A DNA stretch of 64,000 bases from a virus (IMGVR_UViG_3300005529_000004:25260-89259), one strand, 5' to 3'; shown: positions 9,579 to 18,361, counted from the first letter of the stretch. Notes: generated from the sequence alone by a model not told the origin. Program-made: numbers and translations.

Positions 9579-9583
9579 CTCCC

Positions 9584-9857
9584 GAATGATGCCGGTTCGT
9601 CGTTCCGCGCGGGCCTCCTACTCGCGCCCACGCAGCTTACCTCGTCATTCCACGGGCCGCTCATCGTTCCACGTCATTCCGTACAGCGGAATGATGAGGC
9701 CTCAAACCCGCATCGCTCCGCCACATTCTCCCCTTACTCGTCATTCCATCACTTCAGAGTAGAAGTAGGTACGTGTACGAGGCGCGGAGTGAAACGGGCG
9801 GAGACCCACGATTCTGTCAGGGGAGTGGGTCTCCACCGTTCGAATGACGGAATGACG
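9584..9857. repeat. Iteron-like repeats, putative replication origin
   Basis: CGTCATTCC at 9643, 9672, 9739; inverted GGAATGA(C/T)G at 9688 and 9849, GAATGACG 9842, GAATGATG 9584; hairpin GGAGACCCAC/GTGGGTCTCC 9800-9834; non-coding, next to the primase-helicase. Confidence 0.65.
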
Positions 9858-9865
9858 ATTCCGGG

Positions 9866-11284
9866 TCACTCGCCGAGCGGTCCAGGGCTGAAGTCGTGGC
9901 CCTCCTCGGGCTGCGCCTCGGCCTGCTCGCCGTAGCCCGCCTGCTCCCGCTCCGCCCGGTAGCGCGGGTAGCGCTGGCGGATGACGTCGGCGTAGCGCGG
10001 GTCCAGCTCGACCACGAACGCGCGCCGATCGGTCAGGTCGGCCGCGATCAGGGTGGAGCCGCTGCCCGCGAACGGGTCGAAGACCACGTCGCCTGGCACC
10101 GAGCTGTTCTCGATCGCCTGCGTGATCAGCTCGACGGGCTTCATGGTCGGATGCTCGCGGCTCGCACTTGGCGCGTCCACCTCGATGACCGAGGTGCAGT
10201 TGTCCGGGCCGAACCACCGCGTCGGAACCTCGCCGGAACGGTTTGCCGCGCTGTTCTCCATCTGGCTGATGCGGCCGGTCCGACGTCCAGGCGTGTAACC
10301 GTAGTAGACCGCTTCATGCCGCAGGTGGTAGTCCGAGTGCCCGAGGATCATCCGCTGCTTGACCCAGACGAGCATCTGGAAGTAGCGCCACGGCGTCTCC
10401 AGGTTCTCGAACGAGGTAATGAAGACGCCGCCGTTGCGATCGGTCGGGCCTGCGACGTAGAACGGCGCCGACTCCTGCATGATCGTCGCGCAGGCAGTCC
10501 AGGCATCGCGCAGCAAGGCACGCAGGCCAGCCTGGTCGCGGGCGTCGTTCTGGATCGTCATCGCGTTGCCCTCGACCTTGCCGACGTAGTCCACGCCGTA
10601 GGGCGGGTCGGTCCACATCATCGTGGCCTTGCCGCCTTCACCGAGCATCGCCTCGATGCCGGTCTTCAGCGCGTCGGCGTTCGTGGCATCGCCGCAGAAC
10701 AGCAGGTGCCGCATCGGGTCCTCGGCCGGGCCGATCCAGTGGAACGAGTTGGGCGGAGTCTCGGGCGTCTCCGGCAGCTCGGGCGCGTCGTTCGTGCCGG
10801 GGATGCTGGACTCGATCCGCGACTCCATGTCCTGGAGCGACCAGCCATGCTCGGCTGCCTGGCCCAGCCAGTACTCCGCCTTCTCCGCTCCGTAGCGTCG
10901 GACACGGCTGAAGTGCGAGAAGCTGACGCCGGGATGTCCTTCGAACCGCGTCATGTGCCGAGCGCGCTGCTCGTGCGGGAAGAACGCCGACACCGCCGCG
11001 TAGACCTTGACCGTCTTCTGGTCGAGGCCACCGATCGGGCTGGGCCGGTCGATCCACTCCCGGTACTCGCGCGGGAAGTGCGCCTTGTAGAAGTTCGCGA
11101 TGTCGCCGATCGCGAAGCACGTCGCGTCGGTGATGGCGCCGAGACCTTCCGCGAGGCTCAGCAGCTCCTGCTCGGATGCACCGGGCGCGAGCTGCAGACC
11201 AACCGTCGTCATGCGGGCGTGCTCGGAGAGCGCGACTCCCTGCCCGCCGAAGACGGCAATCTCAGTGCTGCTCAAGTATCCCAC
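9866..11284 (-). CDS. DNA amino-methyltransferase (N6-A/N4-C, beta-type order) with N-terminal accessory domain
   Basis: WTDPPYG precedes HPTMKP and FDPFAGSGSTLIAA. Confidence 0.9.
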   Translation of the reverse strand: MGYLSSTEIAVFGGQGVALSEHARMTTVGLQLAPGASEQELLSLAEGLGAITDATCFAIGDIANFYKAHFPREYREWIDRPSPIGGLDQKTVKVYAAVSAFFPHEQRARHMTRFEGHPGVSFSHFSRVRRYGAEKAEYWLGQAAEHGWSLQDMESRIESSIPGTNDAPELPETPETPPNSFHWIGPAEDPMRHLLFCGDATNADALKTGIEAMLGEGGKATMMWTDPPYGVDYVGKVEGNAMTIQNDARDQAGLRALLRDAWTACATIMQESAPFYVAGPTDRNGGVFITSFENLETPWRYFQMLVWVKQRMILGHSDYHLRHEAVYYGYTPGRRTGRISQMENSAANRSGEVPTRWFGPDNCTSVIEVDAPSASREHPTMKPVELITQAIENSSVPGDVVFDPFAGSGSTLIAADLTDRRAFVVELDPRYADVIRQRYPRYRAEREQAGYGEQAEAQPEEGHDFSPGPLGE

Positions 11285-11370
11285 CTCCTTCTATGACTCC
11301 CGCATTGTACGCGAACCGCGCCGTCTCCGCGAGCGGGGCTGCGCGTTCTCTGGCCGGTAGACTCGAACCC

Positions 11371-12837
11371 ATGAAGCCAGACGATCTCTCCGGCGTCTAC
11401 CTCGTGGAGGACGGCGACGCTGCCGCTTTCTCGTGGGGACCGGACGGCGCGCGGCACTCGTTCCGTGGCGTCGAGGACGGCGAGCGCGCACTCCGCAAGG
11501 CTGTCGCGCACGGGCTGGCGGTCGAGGAGATCGCGAAGATGTCCGAGTTCGAGCGCGCGGTAGCCCGTGAGCTGTCGGTCGGCGTCGGCGTCCGCAAGGA
11601 CACCTCGGGCGCCGTGATCATCGGCTACTTCCCCTTCGACGGCAACGGCGACGAGGACGATGCCTTCGCCAGCCAGCTCTCGCAGCTCGGCTCCGGCTCC
11701 GTCGCCGCGACCGACATCCACCTGACCCTGCTCTACCTCGGCGAGCCGGACCCCGCCTGGGACCTGGACCTGATCGCCGCGTGCGTCAAGATCGCTTGCT
11801 GCACCGCGATGCCGATCAAGGGCTGCGTCTCCGGCCTCGGCCGCTTCGTCGGTCCCGAGGATCAGGACGTCATCGTCGCGCTCGTGGACGTCCCCGAGCT
11901 GGGACGGCTGCGTCACCAGATCAAGGACCAGCTCCTCTGCTACGGCGCGCTGCCCTACACAGCGCAGTGCTTTCAGGAGGAGCACGGTTACCTGCCTCAC
12001 TTCACGATCGCGTACGTCTCCAAGAGTGCAGCATCGCCGTCGCCGCTGACCGAGGTCGTGCCCTTCACGCTCGATTCCCTGGCGCTGGCTGCCGGGCCGA
12101 AGCGTGTGCAGTTCGACTTCTCCGGCGGCTACGACGTCGCGACGAGCGATCCTGCACCGTACTACGCCGCGCGCCTGCAGAAGGAAGGGCGCGTGCTGCG
12201 CCAGGAGCACCTGGAGTGGATGGAGGACTCGATCGCGCGCATGCAGGAGATCGTGGACAGGGAGCGCCGTCGCAAGAAGCCCGGCAACCCCGAGTCGAAG
12301 GAAGACGACTCCACCGGCGACGCCGCAGCGACGGGTGGCAGCGCCGCCCAGATGTCGCGCGACGCCGATGGCACCGAGGACCTGGCCTACACCGTCACGA
12401 AGGCGCTGGAGGAGGAGCGGTTCACGCTCGGCCCGCTCTATGCGCCGGAGCGCAAGGACGCGCATGGCGAGTGGACCGACGCCGCGACGCTGCAGAAGGC
12501 TGTCTGGTCCTTCGTGGAAGAAAGTGCTGCAAATGGGCGACTTCTGAACCTGCAGCACGGCGATCACGGCACGCAGACGGTCGGCGAGTGGGTCGAGGTC
12601 ATGGCCTGGCCCTACGAGCACACGATCAAGGTCGCCACGGCTGGCGGCGAGGAGCGCGAGCTGGAGATGCCTGCGGGCACCGTCTACCTCGGCGCCAAGT
12701 GGTCGCCGGAGGCGTGGAAGCTCGTCAAGGCCGGGAAGCTCAACGGCTGGTCGCTCGGCGGCTCGGCTGTCCGTGTTGCCACCGAGGGCGACCTGCCGAT
12801 GATGGGCGATGCCAAGATTCCGGCGGCGGTACGCTAA
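11371..12837 (+). CDS. Fusion of 2H phosphoesterase and XkdF-like prohead serine protease
   Basis: HxT motifs IHLTLLYLG and PHFTIAY; C-terminal FTLGPLYAPERKDAHGEW...LNLQH...WKLVKAGKLNGWSLGG; leaderless ATG 7 nt after TAGACT. Confidence 0.8.
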   Translation: MKPDDLSGVYLVEDGDAAAFSWGPDGARHSFRGVEDGERALRKAVAHGLAVEEIAKMSEFERAVARELSVGVGVRKDTSGAVIIGYFPFDGNGDEDDAFASQLSQLGSGSVAATDIHLTLLYLGEPDPAWDLDLIAACVKIACCTAMPIKGCVSGLGRFVGPEDQDVIVALVDVPELGRLRHQIKDQLLCYGALPYTAQCFQEEHGYLPHFTIAYVSKSAASPSPLTEVVPFTLDSLALAAGPKRVQFDFSGGYDVATSDPAPYYAARLQKEGRVLRQEHLEWMEDSIARMQEIVDRERRRKKPGNPESKEDDSTGDAAATGGSAAQMSRDADGTEDLAYTVTKALEEERFTLGPLYAPERKDAHGEWTDAATLQKAVWSFVEESAANGRLLNLQHGDHGTQTVGEWVEVMAWPYEHTIKVATAGGEERELEMPAGTVYLGAKWSPEAWKLVKAGKLNGWSLGGSAVRVATEGDLPMMGDAKIPAAVR

Positions 12838-12842
12838 GCACC

Positions 12843-13691
12843 ATGAGCGATCTCACCGAGGCAACGCGCAAGGCGTACCAGCTCCGTGACCCGCAGGAGG
12901 CGATGGAGATCGTCCACCGCACGGGTCCCGTGAGCGGCTTCGGGCTGCACGCCGACCTGACCGACACGGTCAGGGCGCAGGCGGAGCTGCACCGCATCTT
13001 CGGTACCGGCGGAGCGCTGCAGAAGGGAGTCTCGGACATCCGGGCGCTCTGGCTGTCTTCGCTCGCCTCGTCTTACTCGCTCCTGAACGACGCGCAGGCT
13101 GGCGCGATCGTCAGTGCCTGGAAGCAGGCATTCGGCGAGGACCTGGACGCGCTGCCGCCTGATCAGGTCTACAAGGGCAACGGGCGCAACGTCGGCGACT
13201 CCGCGTCGCTGCTCGGCGTCCTGATGGAGGTCGTGACGAAGGCGTCTGACTCCTCGAAGCCCTACGGCAACGTCACCTACGCCGACCCCGGCTGGCAGAA
13301 GGACGGGAAGGCGCGCTACCCGCTCGACAGCGAGCAGCACATCCGCGCCGCCTGGAGCTACATCAACCAGGCGAAGAACGCCGCGCTCTACACCGCCGCG
13401 CAGCTCGGCAAGATCAAGGCGAAGATCAAGGCAGCCATGCAGAAGATCGGCGCCGACGTCGCTGGCAAGTCCGGCGCTGGCGACGACGGCACGGCGCAGA
13501 CCTCGGCATCCGGCAAGCCGGACGATCCGAAGGACCCGAAGCTCAAGACTCCGGCTGCAGTCGGGCTGCTCGCGAAGGCGAAGGCGAAGGGCGAGCCGCA
13601 CGAGTACGACGGCGGCAAGGACGGAACCGGCCCTTGCACCTCCTGCGGCATGTCCAAGAGCGACGGCAACCACCTCCCCGAACCGAGTTAG
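12843..13691 (+). CDS. Head-associated protein with DUF6582-like domain
   Basis: PYGNVTYADPGWQKDGKARYPLDSEQHIRAAWSYINQAKN motif, seen in phage head-morphogenesis proteins. Confidence 0.65.
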   Translation: MSDLTEATRKAYQLRDPQEAMEIVHRTGPVSGFGLHADLTDTVRAQAELHRIFGTGGALQKGVSDIRALWLSSLASSYSLLNDAQAGAIVSAWKQAFGEDLDALPPDQVYKGNGRNVGDSASLLGVLMEVVTKASDSSKPYGNVTYADPGWQKDGKARYPLDSEQHIRAAWSYINQAKNAALYTAAQLGKIKAKIKAAMQKIGADVAGKSGAGDDGTAQTSASGKPDDPKDPKLKTPAAVGLLAKAKAKGEPHEYDGGKDGTGPCTSCGMSKSDGNHLPEPS

Positions 13692-13694
13692 CCC

Positions 13695-14057
13695 GTGGCG
13701 ACCACGCCCGGCAACGGCAGCGGCGACCGCGTCGAGCTGACGCGCGTCTCGATGTCGGTGGAGGTACTTCGCCAGGAGGTGCGCGCGGCCAACGCCGAGA
13801 CGCGCGATGAGCTGAAGACCTACATCGACACGAAGCTGCAGCCGATCCTCGACAAGCAGGCGGCGGTGGATCGTGGCGACTTCACGATGGCGGCGACTCG
13901 CGCGATCAAGGCGCTGATCGCCAAGAGCTTCTCGCAGCGCGCCGCTGCAGGCTTCTCCGCCCGCGAGCGCAAGATCGCGCTGCTCGGGCTGTGCGCGGCG
14001 ATGATCTCGATGGGCGCAGCCGTGTACGTCTCGATCCACGCAGCGCTGGGAGGGTGA
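13695..14057 (+). CDS. Coiled-coil protein with C-terminal TM
   Basis: C-terminal IALLGLCAAMISMGAAVYVSI. Confidence 0.6.
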   Translation: MATTPGNGSGDRVELTRVSMSVEVLRQEVRAANAETRDELKTYIDTKLQPILDKQAAVDRGDFTMAATRAIKALIAKSFSQRAAAGFSARERKIALLGLCAAMISMGAAVYVSIHAALGG

Positions 14058-14494
14058 GCACGATGAAGACACCGGAGCACTTCGAGGACGTCACCGACAC
14101 CTTCCTCGGCATGACGAAGGTGAAGCTCGTCGGAGTCGTCGCCTTCCTCTCGATCGTCACCGCCGCGATCTCCACCGTCTCGCTCGGCTACGCCGTCAGC
14201 GCCAACCACCGCGCGGTCGAGTCGCAGAAGGCAGCGGTCGTGGAGGGCCACAAGGTCATCTGCGTGCTGATCCGCTCATCGCTGCAGACGTCGAAGAACC
14301 GCGTCTCGGCAGCGCAGTCCGCGAAGGACCTGAACGCGCTCGCCGACCAGCTCCCGAAGGGCAGCGTCGCTCAGCGCGCGGTGTACGACGTCGCGTCGCA
14401 GTTCGCAGTCTCGGGCAAGGGCGCCAAGAGCGGCGAGGCTGCGTTCTTCGCCGAGCTGCACAAGATCGGCTGCAACGTCAAGCCTCCCGCATGA
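14054..14494 (+). CDS. Membrane-anchored protein
   Basis: TM LVGVVAFLSIVTAAISTVSLGYAV followed by a helical domain with 2 Cys. Confidence 0.6.
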   Translation: MSTMKTPEHFEDVTDTFLGMTKVKLVGVVAFLSIVTAAISTVSLGYAVSANHRAVESQKAAVVEGHKVICVLIRSSLQTSKNRVSAAQSAKDLNALADQLPKGSVAQRAVYDVASQFAVSGKGAKSGEAAFFAELHKIGCNVKPPA

Positions 14495-14916
14495 CCGTCG
14501 AGGATCGCGAGCAGGCGATCTTCGGGTCGTTCGATGGTCTCACGACTGGCATCGGCATCATCGCGGCGCTAATCCTCGCTGGGCACAGCAAGGCGGTGGT
14601 CGTCGGCGTCATGGGCGCGGCGGTCGCAGCGGCTGTCGGCATGGGCGCGGGCAAGTGGCTGTCCACACCCGATCGCAACTACGGCACGGCTGGCGTCATG
14701 TTCATCGCCACGCTGATCGGCGGCGCAGCGCCGGGCATCCCGTTCACGTTCCTGCCGCTGCACTGGGCAGTCGCGGCTACGAGCCTCATCGCGGTCGGCG
14801 TCGCGCTGCAGATCGGCTGGTTCCGTGGCGCAGGGATTCGCGGCTACGTCGAGACGGCCGTCGTGCTCGTGCTGGTCACCGTGCTGACGGTGGCCACCGG
14901 CGCTGGCCTCGGCTAG
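14491..14916 (+). CDS. VIT1/CCC1-family membrane protein (minimal)
   Basis: IFGSFDGLTTGIGII and AAAVGMGAGKWLS match VIT1 TM1 (DG) and TM2 (M..G.YLS) motifs; 5 hydrophobic segments. Confidence 0.7.
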   Translation: MTVEDREQAIFGSFDGLTTGIGIIAALILAGHSKAVVVGVMGAAVAAAVGMGAGKWLSTPDRNYGTAGVMFIATLIGGAAPGIPFTFLPLHWAVAATSLIAVGVALQIGWFRGAGIRGYVETAVVLVLVTVLTVATGAGLG

Positions 14917-15070
14917 AATCCGGCCATGCGCTGTGAGTAGGCGGGTGGGCACCGCCGAGGGGCAGCGAGCAATGCGGTGGGTAGATTCTGCGACCGGGCT
15001 GCAGCCCGCCACCCGGCGGGACGAGGGAGCTGCCAAGCTCCGCATCTCGTCGGGTGAGGCCCGGAGACAA

Positions 15071-15142
15071 GGGCCGGTAGCTCAGGCGGTAGAGCTGCCG
15101 GGTGAAATCCGGCGCGCGCAGGTTCGATCCCTGCCCGGCCCA
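15071..15142 (+). tRNA. trnF: tRNA-Phe(GAA)
   Basis: GGGCCGG/CCGGCCC acceptor, GCTC/GAGC D stem, GCCGG-GTGAAAT-CCGGC anticodon arm, GCAGG-TTCGATC-CCTGC T arm; no CCA. Confidence 0.85.
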
Positions 15143-15214
15143 TCGGCTGTAGCTCAGCGGAAGAGCACCGGGCGGCGAACCCGGAGGCCGCAGGTTCGAG
15201 TCCTGCCAGCCGAA
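15143..15214 (+). tRNA. trnR: tRNA-Arg(GCG) with non-canonical G33
   Basis: TCGGCTG/CAGCCGA acceptor, CCGGG-CGGCGAA-CCCGG anticodon arm, GCAGG-TTCGAGT-CCTGC T arm, A20 in the D loop. Confidence 0.75.
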
Positions 15215-15238
15215 TCGAGGACAGTAGACTTTGCCGGG

Positions 15239-15490
15239 ATGGACTGGTCCTTCCTCCCGCACCTCATCCACCCGCTGTCCGGCGACGGCTACCAGTTCTG
15301 GTCGGGCATCGGCTCGGACTTCGGTGAGGCGTCGATCCTGACGGCGATCATCGTCGGCTTCCGGCACCGCAACTGCCACGTCCGTGGCTGCTGGCACCTC
15401 GGGCACGCCGATCCCGAGCACGGCTTCCCCGCTTGCAAGCGCCACCACTCGAAGCGGCACCTGCACGGGCTTGACCCGAACGCCGACTGA
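15239..15490 (+). CDS. Small membrane protein with Cys/His metal-binding tail
   Basis: GYQFWSGIGSD, TM, NCHVRGCW...CKRHH; leaderless after TAGACT. Confidence 0.65.
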   Translation: MDWSFLPHLIHPLSGDGYQFWSGIGSDFGEASILTAIIVGFRHRNCHVRGCWHLGHADPEHGFPACKRHHSKRHLHGLDPNAD

Positions 15491-15531
15491 CGCGCTATAT
15501 TCTGAACTGTCAACGATCGAGGGAGGACCCT

Positions 15532-15876
15532 TTGAGCACCATGTCTTCGTCGCTCCGGCGACGCAACCCACTCGACTTTCTGCTGTGGCCGATCGCCAAG
15601 CGCGACTGGAACGGTCGCCTGGTGCTGCGGGACGGCATCGCGGCGATGATCGTCGTCGGCGCCATCGTCGGCGCGGTGGTCGGGATCGTCTACGGCTGCA
15701 TGCAGTGGGACATGTCGAACACCCGCGCCTACTGCTCGTCGCTGAACGGGCGCAGCGGGATGCCGACCGAGTTCATCCAGACCAGCGCCTTCGACTGGGA
15801 CTGCTACGCGAAGACGCCGGGCGGGAAGCTCGTGCCCACCAGCCAGATCACCTACTTCGTCGGGAGGTCGAAGTGA
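15532..15876 (+). CDS. Membrane protein
   Basis: Central TM GIAAMIVVGAIVGAVVGIVYG. Confidence 0.55.
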   Translation: MSTMSSSLRRRNPLDFLLWPIAKRDWNGRLVLRDGIAAMIVVGAIVGAVVGIVYGCMQWDMSNTRAYCSSLNGRSGMPTEFIQTSAFDWDCYAKTPGGKLVPTSQITYFVGRSK

Positions 15877-16181
15877 ACTTCGTCAAGGGGACGCTCGGCC
15901 TCTTCATCGCAGTCGCGCTGCCGATCGCCCTGGCCCTGGTCTTCACCGGGCTGGGCCTCGGCTACGACCACCAGCACGTCAACGACCTGACGCTGATCAG
16001 CTCTGTCACTCCGGCTGGCGGCGGCGAGATCGACAGGTACGCGCCGCACTCCTTCTACCACAGCACGGGCGAGATCGTCGCGGTCTCCGGCGCCATCGCC
16101 CTCGGCTGGGTGGTCGTCTCGGCCCTCTGCATCTGGCTCGGGCTGACGATGTTCGTCAAGCGGAACGTTCGCTGGGACTAG
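15873..16181 (+). CDS. Two-TM membrane protein
   Basis: GTG coupled start; two hydrophobic segments. Confidence 0.55.
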   Translation: MNFVKGTLGLFIAVALPIALALVFTGLGLGYDHQHVNDLTLISSVTPAGGGEIDRYAPHSFYHSTGEIVAVSGAIALGWVVVSALCIWLGLTMFVKRNVRWD

Positions 16182-16303
16182 GACGCGTAGCAGGCGGCAG
16201 GCGAGGCGCCGGGCGACCGGCGCTTCGTCGTTGTATAATCCAGGCAACGCGTAAACCCCTGCCATCAACCTCTATAGCAGGGCGCGGTAATCAAGGAGGA
16301 CAG

Positions 16304-17290
16304 GTGAAGCGCAAGCTCATCTTCCTGTCGGTGGCGATGGCGATGGCGGCGAGTGTCGCCTTCTCGTTCGCTCCGGCGGCATCGGCCTATGCAACGTGTA
16401 CCGGCGTCGCGGTGGTTCCGCGCTGGCACGCAGGCCAGAACCAGCAGACGAACCCGAACGGCTCGCTGACGCCGTACATCGACGGCTCCTGTAGCCAGGA
16501 CGGGTTGAACGCAAACGTCTGCATCCAGTACAAGCTGGAGCCGTCGAACGGCTACAAGCTCGACCAGAACGGCAACCCGGTCCCGGACAACAACCCGTGG
16601 ACGACCTACGTCTGCGGTGGGCAGCTCGGCAGCGGCGGCTACCCGAATCCGCCGAACGGCACCGAGTTCGCAGGGCCGCAGCTCAACTGCGACAGCCTCT
16701 CATCGACGTATGCCGGTGCGACCTGGCGGACCTACGCCACCATCACCTCGACCGATGGAGGAGGCACCGGCTACCTGACGTCGCCGCTCATCCAGGGCAA
16801 CGGCGTCGGCTGCGCCGCACCGACCGGATCGTCGTGCAACGGGTCGGGCATCTGCATCCCGGACACCCAGGCCAACATCTTCGACACGTACTCCGGCCTT
16901 GCGCCGACCGAAGGTGGAGACGGCTACGAGCACTGCGGCGCCACGTACTACGGCTTCGACCCGCTCGGGGAGTTCGGCCAGAACCTGATCTTCGTCTACC
17001 CGGTCGCGTACGAGTGCGATGGGAACAGCCCGTACAACCAGGTCTGGATCAGCAACGCGCTTACGCGCGTCGGCTCGAACGGCGGTGCCTACAACGTCTG
17101 GAGCGCATCGGCTACCGAGAGCGGAGGCGCCGACCTGTCGGGCTTCCTGATCGGCGGCATTCACACCTGCGGCTGGTCGTCGGTCGCCAACCTGTTCTAC
17201 AACACGGTCGATCTCACCCTTTCGTCGGTCTACGGCACGACGGAGGACTCCACCGTGGACGACGTTCAGTACGTCCCGAACTGCTCGTAG
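16304..17290 (+). CDS. Secreted Cys-rich protein
   Basis: Sec signal peptide MKRKLIFLSVAMAMAASVAFSFAPAASA; about 12 Cys; own TATAAT promoter (16234), AAGGAGG RBS and terminator. Confidence 0.75.
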   Translation: MKRKLIFLSVAMAMAASVAFSFAPAASAYATCTGVAVVPRWHAGQNQQTNPNGSLTPYIDGSCSQDGLNANVCIQYKLEPSNGYKLDQNGNPVPDNNPWTTYVCGGQLGSGGYPNPPNGTEFAGPQLNCDSLSSTYAGATWRTYATITSTDGGGTGYLTSPLIQGNGVGCAAPTGSSCNGSGICIPDTQANIFDTYSGLAPTEGGDGYEHCGATYYGFDPLGEFGQNLIFVYPVAYECDGNSPYNQVWISNALTRVGSNGGAYNVWSASATESGGADLSGFLIGGIHTCGWSSVANLFYNTVDLTLSSVYGTTEDSTVDDVQYVPNCS

Positions 17291-17306
17291 CTGAGCCGGG
17301 ATGCTG

Positions 17307-17334
17307 CGGAGGGCCGGTTTCGACCGGCCCTCCG
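17307..17334 (+). terminator. Intrinsic terminator
   Basis: CGGAGGGCCGGT-ttcg-ACCGGCCCTCCG. Confidence 0.7.
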
Positions 17335-17370
17335 TCGTTCAGGTAGACTAGGCCAGGAAAGGGAGGTGGC

Positions 17371-17901
17371 ATGACGCTCACCGAAGAGGAGCTGCTCGAC
17401 AAGATGCGAGCGGCGGAAGTGCCGGACGGCCTCGGGACGTTCCGGCTCACGAAGGTGCAGGAGGACGGCGAGGGCCGGAAGGTCAAGCTCTCGCGGGTGT
17501 TCGAAATGCAGGAGGTCGAGGCCCGGCTGAAGGACGGCTGGGAGCCGGACGCTCCCGACGAGGCACCTGGCTCGGACGCGCACGTTCCGGCCTCGGGCTT
17601 CGCGGACGGCGACTATCGGCTGACGCGGGTCGTCACCGACAAGGAGGGCCGCGACGTTCCGATCACGAACGTGGTCGGGCTGGCCGACGTCCCTGCTCGG
17701 CTGGAGGCGGGCTGGAAGCCTGCCGACGCACGCACGACCGATGCGCTGGTGGAGCGGGGCCTGATCGACGCCGACGCGGAGGACGCCGAGGTTCGGACGG
17801 AGGTCACGAAGCCGAAGACGCCACGGCGCACGAAGCCGAAGGCGAAGGAAGCGACACCTCCGGCGCCGAAGGTCGAGCCGAAGGCCGACAAGGACGAGTA
17901 A
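17371..17901 (+). CDS. Protein with two tandem ~36-aa repeats and basic tail
   Basis: FRLTKVQEDGEGR...ARLKDGWEP and YRLTRVVTDKEGR...ARLEAGWKP. Confidence 0.7.
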   Translation: MTLTEEELLDKMRAAEVPDGLGTFRLTKVQEDGEGRKVKLSRVFEMQEVEARLKDGWEPDAPDEAPGSDAHVPASGFADGDYRLTRVVTDKEGRDVPITNVVGLADVPARLEAGWKPADARTTDALVERGLIDADAEDAEVRTEVTKPKTPRRTKPKAKEATPPAPKVEPKADKDE

Positions 17902-18341
17902 TGCGGGTCCGGCGGGCACCGGCAGCGACGGCCTCCGATCGGGAGGCTCTCGCTGCCGTTGCTCGGATCGAGGAGGCGCTGGCGCTCGTCGTCGCGGCGC
18001 TGGAGTCGGTGGCCCGTCGACTGACCGTCATCGAGGAGCAGACCAAGCCGAAGCCACGCGCACCGCGCAAGCCTCGCGCCAAGCCTGCACCGAAGCCCGA
18101 GCCGGAGACGCTGCCAGCGAGCCTGGCCGTTGAGGATGAAGAGCCGGGTCCCTCGTCCGAGGAAGAGGACGTCCTCGCTGAGTTCACGCGGCGCTTCGAG
18201 GAGCTGGCGGACGGCGACGACGTTCCGTCAATCGAGGTCGAGGAGCAGCTTGCCCGTGAGTTCGCTGGGCGGCTGCCGCAGTTTCCTGCCGAGGAAGATT
18301 CCCGCGAGACGCGTCGTCGGCGCGCTGGCCGGGTATCCTGA
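17901..18341 (+). CDS. Hypothetical protein
   Basis: Coupled TAATG start. Confidence 0.55.
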   Translation: MRVRRAPAATASDREALAAVARIEEALALVVAALESVARRLTVIEEQTKPKPRAPRKPRAKPAPKPEPETLPASLAVEDEEPGPSSEEEDVLAEFTRRFEELADGDDVPSIEVEEQLAREFAGRLPQFPAEEDSRETRRRRAGRVS

Positions 18342-18361
18342 ACAACGAGAAGGGAGGGAGA

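Noticed and set aside
9866-11284. Restriction-modification system
   Set aside because: No adjacent endonuclease; orphan methylases of this type are common in phages
6758-15019. Identical 13-mer CGCCACCCGGCGG at 6758 and 15007 in two candidate RNAs
   Set aside because: Almost all G/C and short; plausible by chance at this GC content, and it has a different structural context in each
14933-15238. ORF running through the tRNAs, and a 4-codon MRCE ORF at 14926
   Set aside because: Overlaps two good tRNA cloverleaves; read-through of the TAG gives no sensible protein, so no evidence of recoding
14994-15238. tRNA-associated HDV-like (theta) ribozyme
   Set aside because: I could not build the nested double pseudoknot, and the structured element is 5' rather than 3' of the tRNAs
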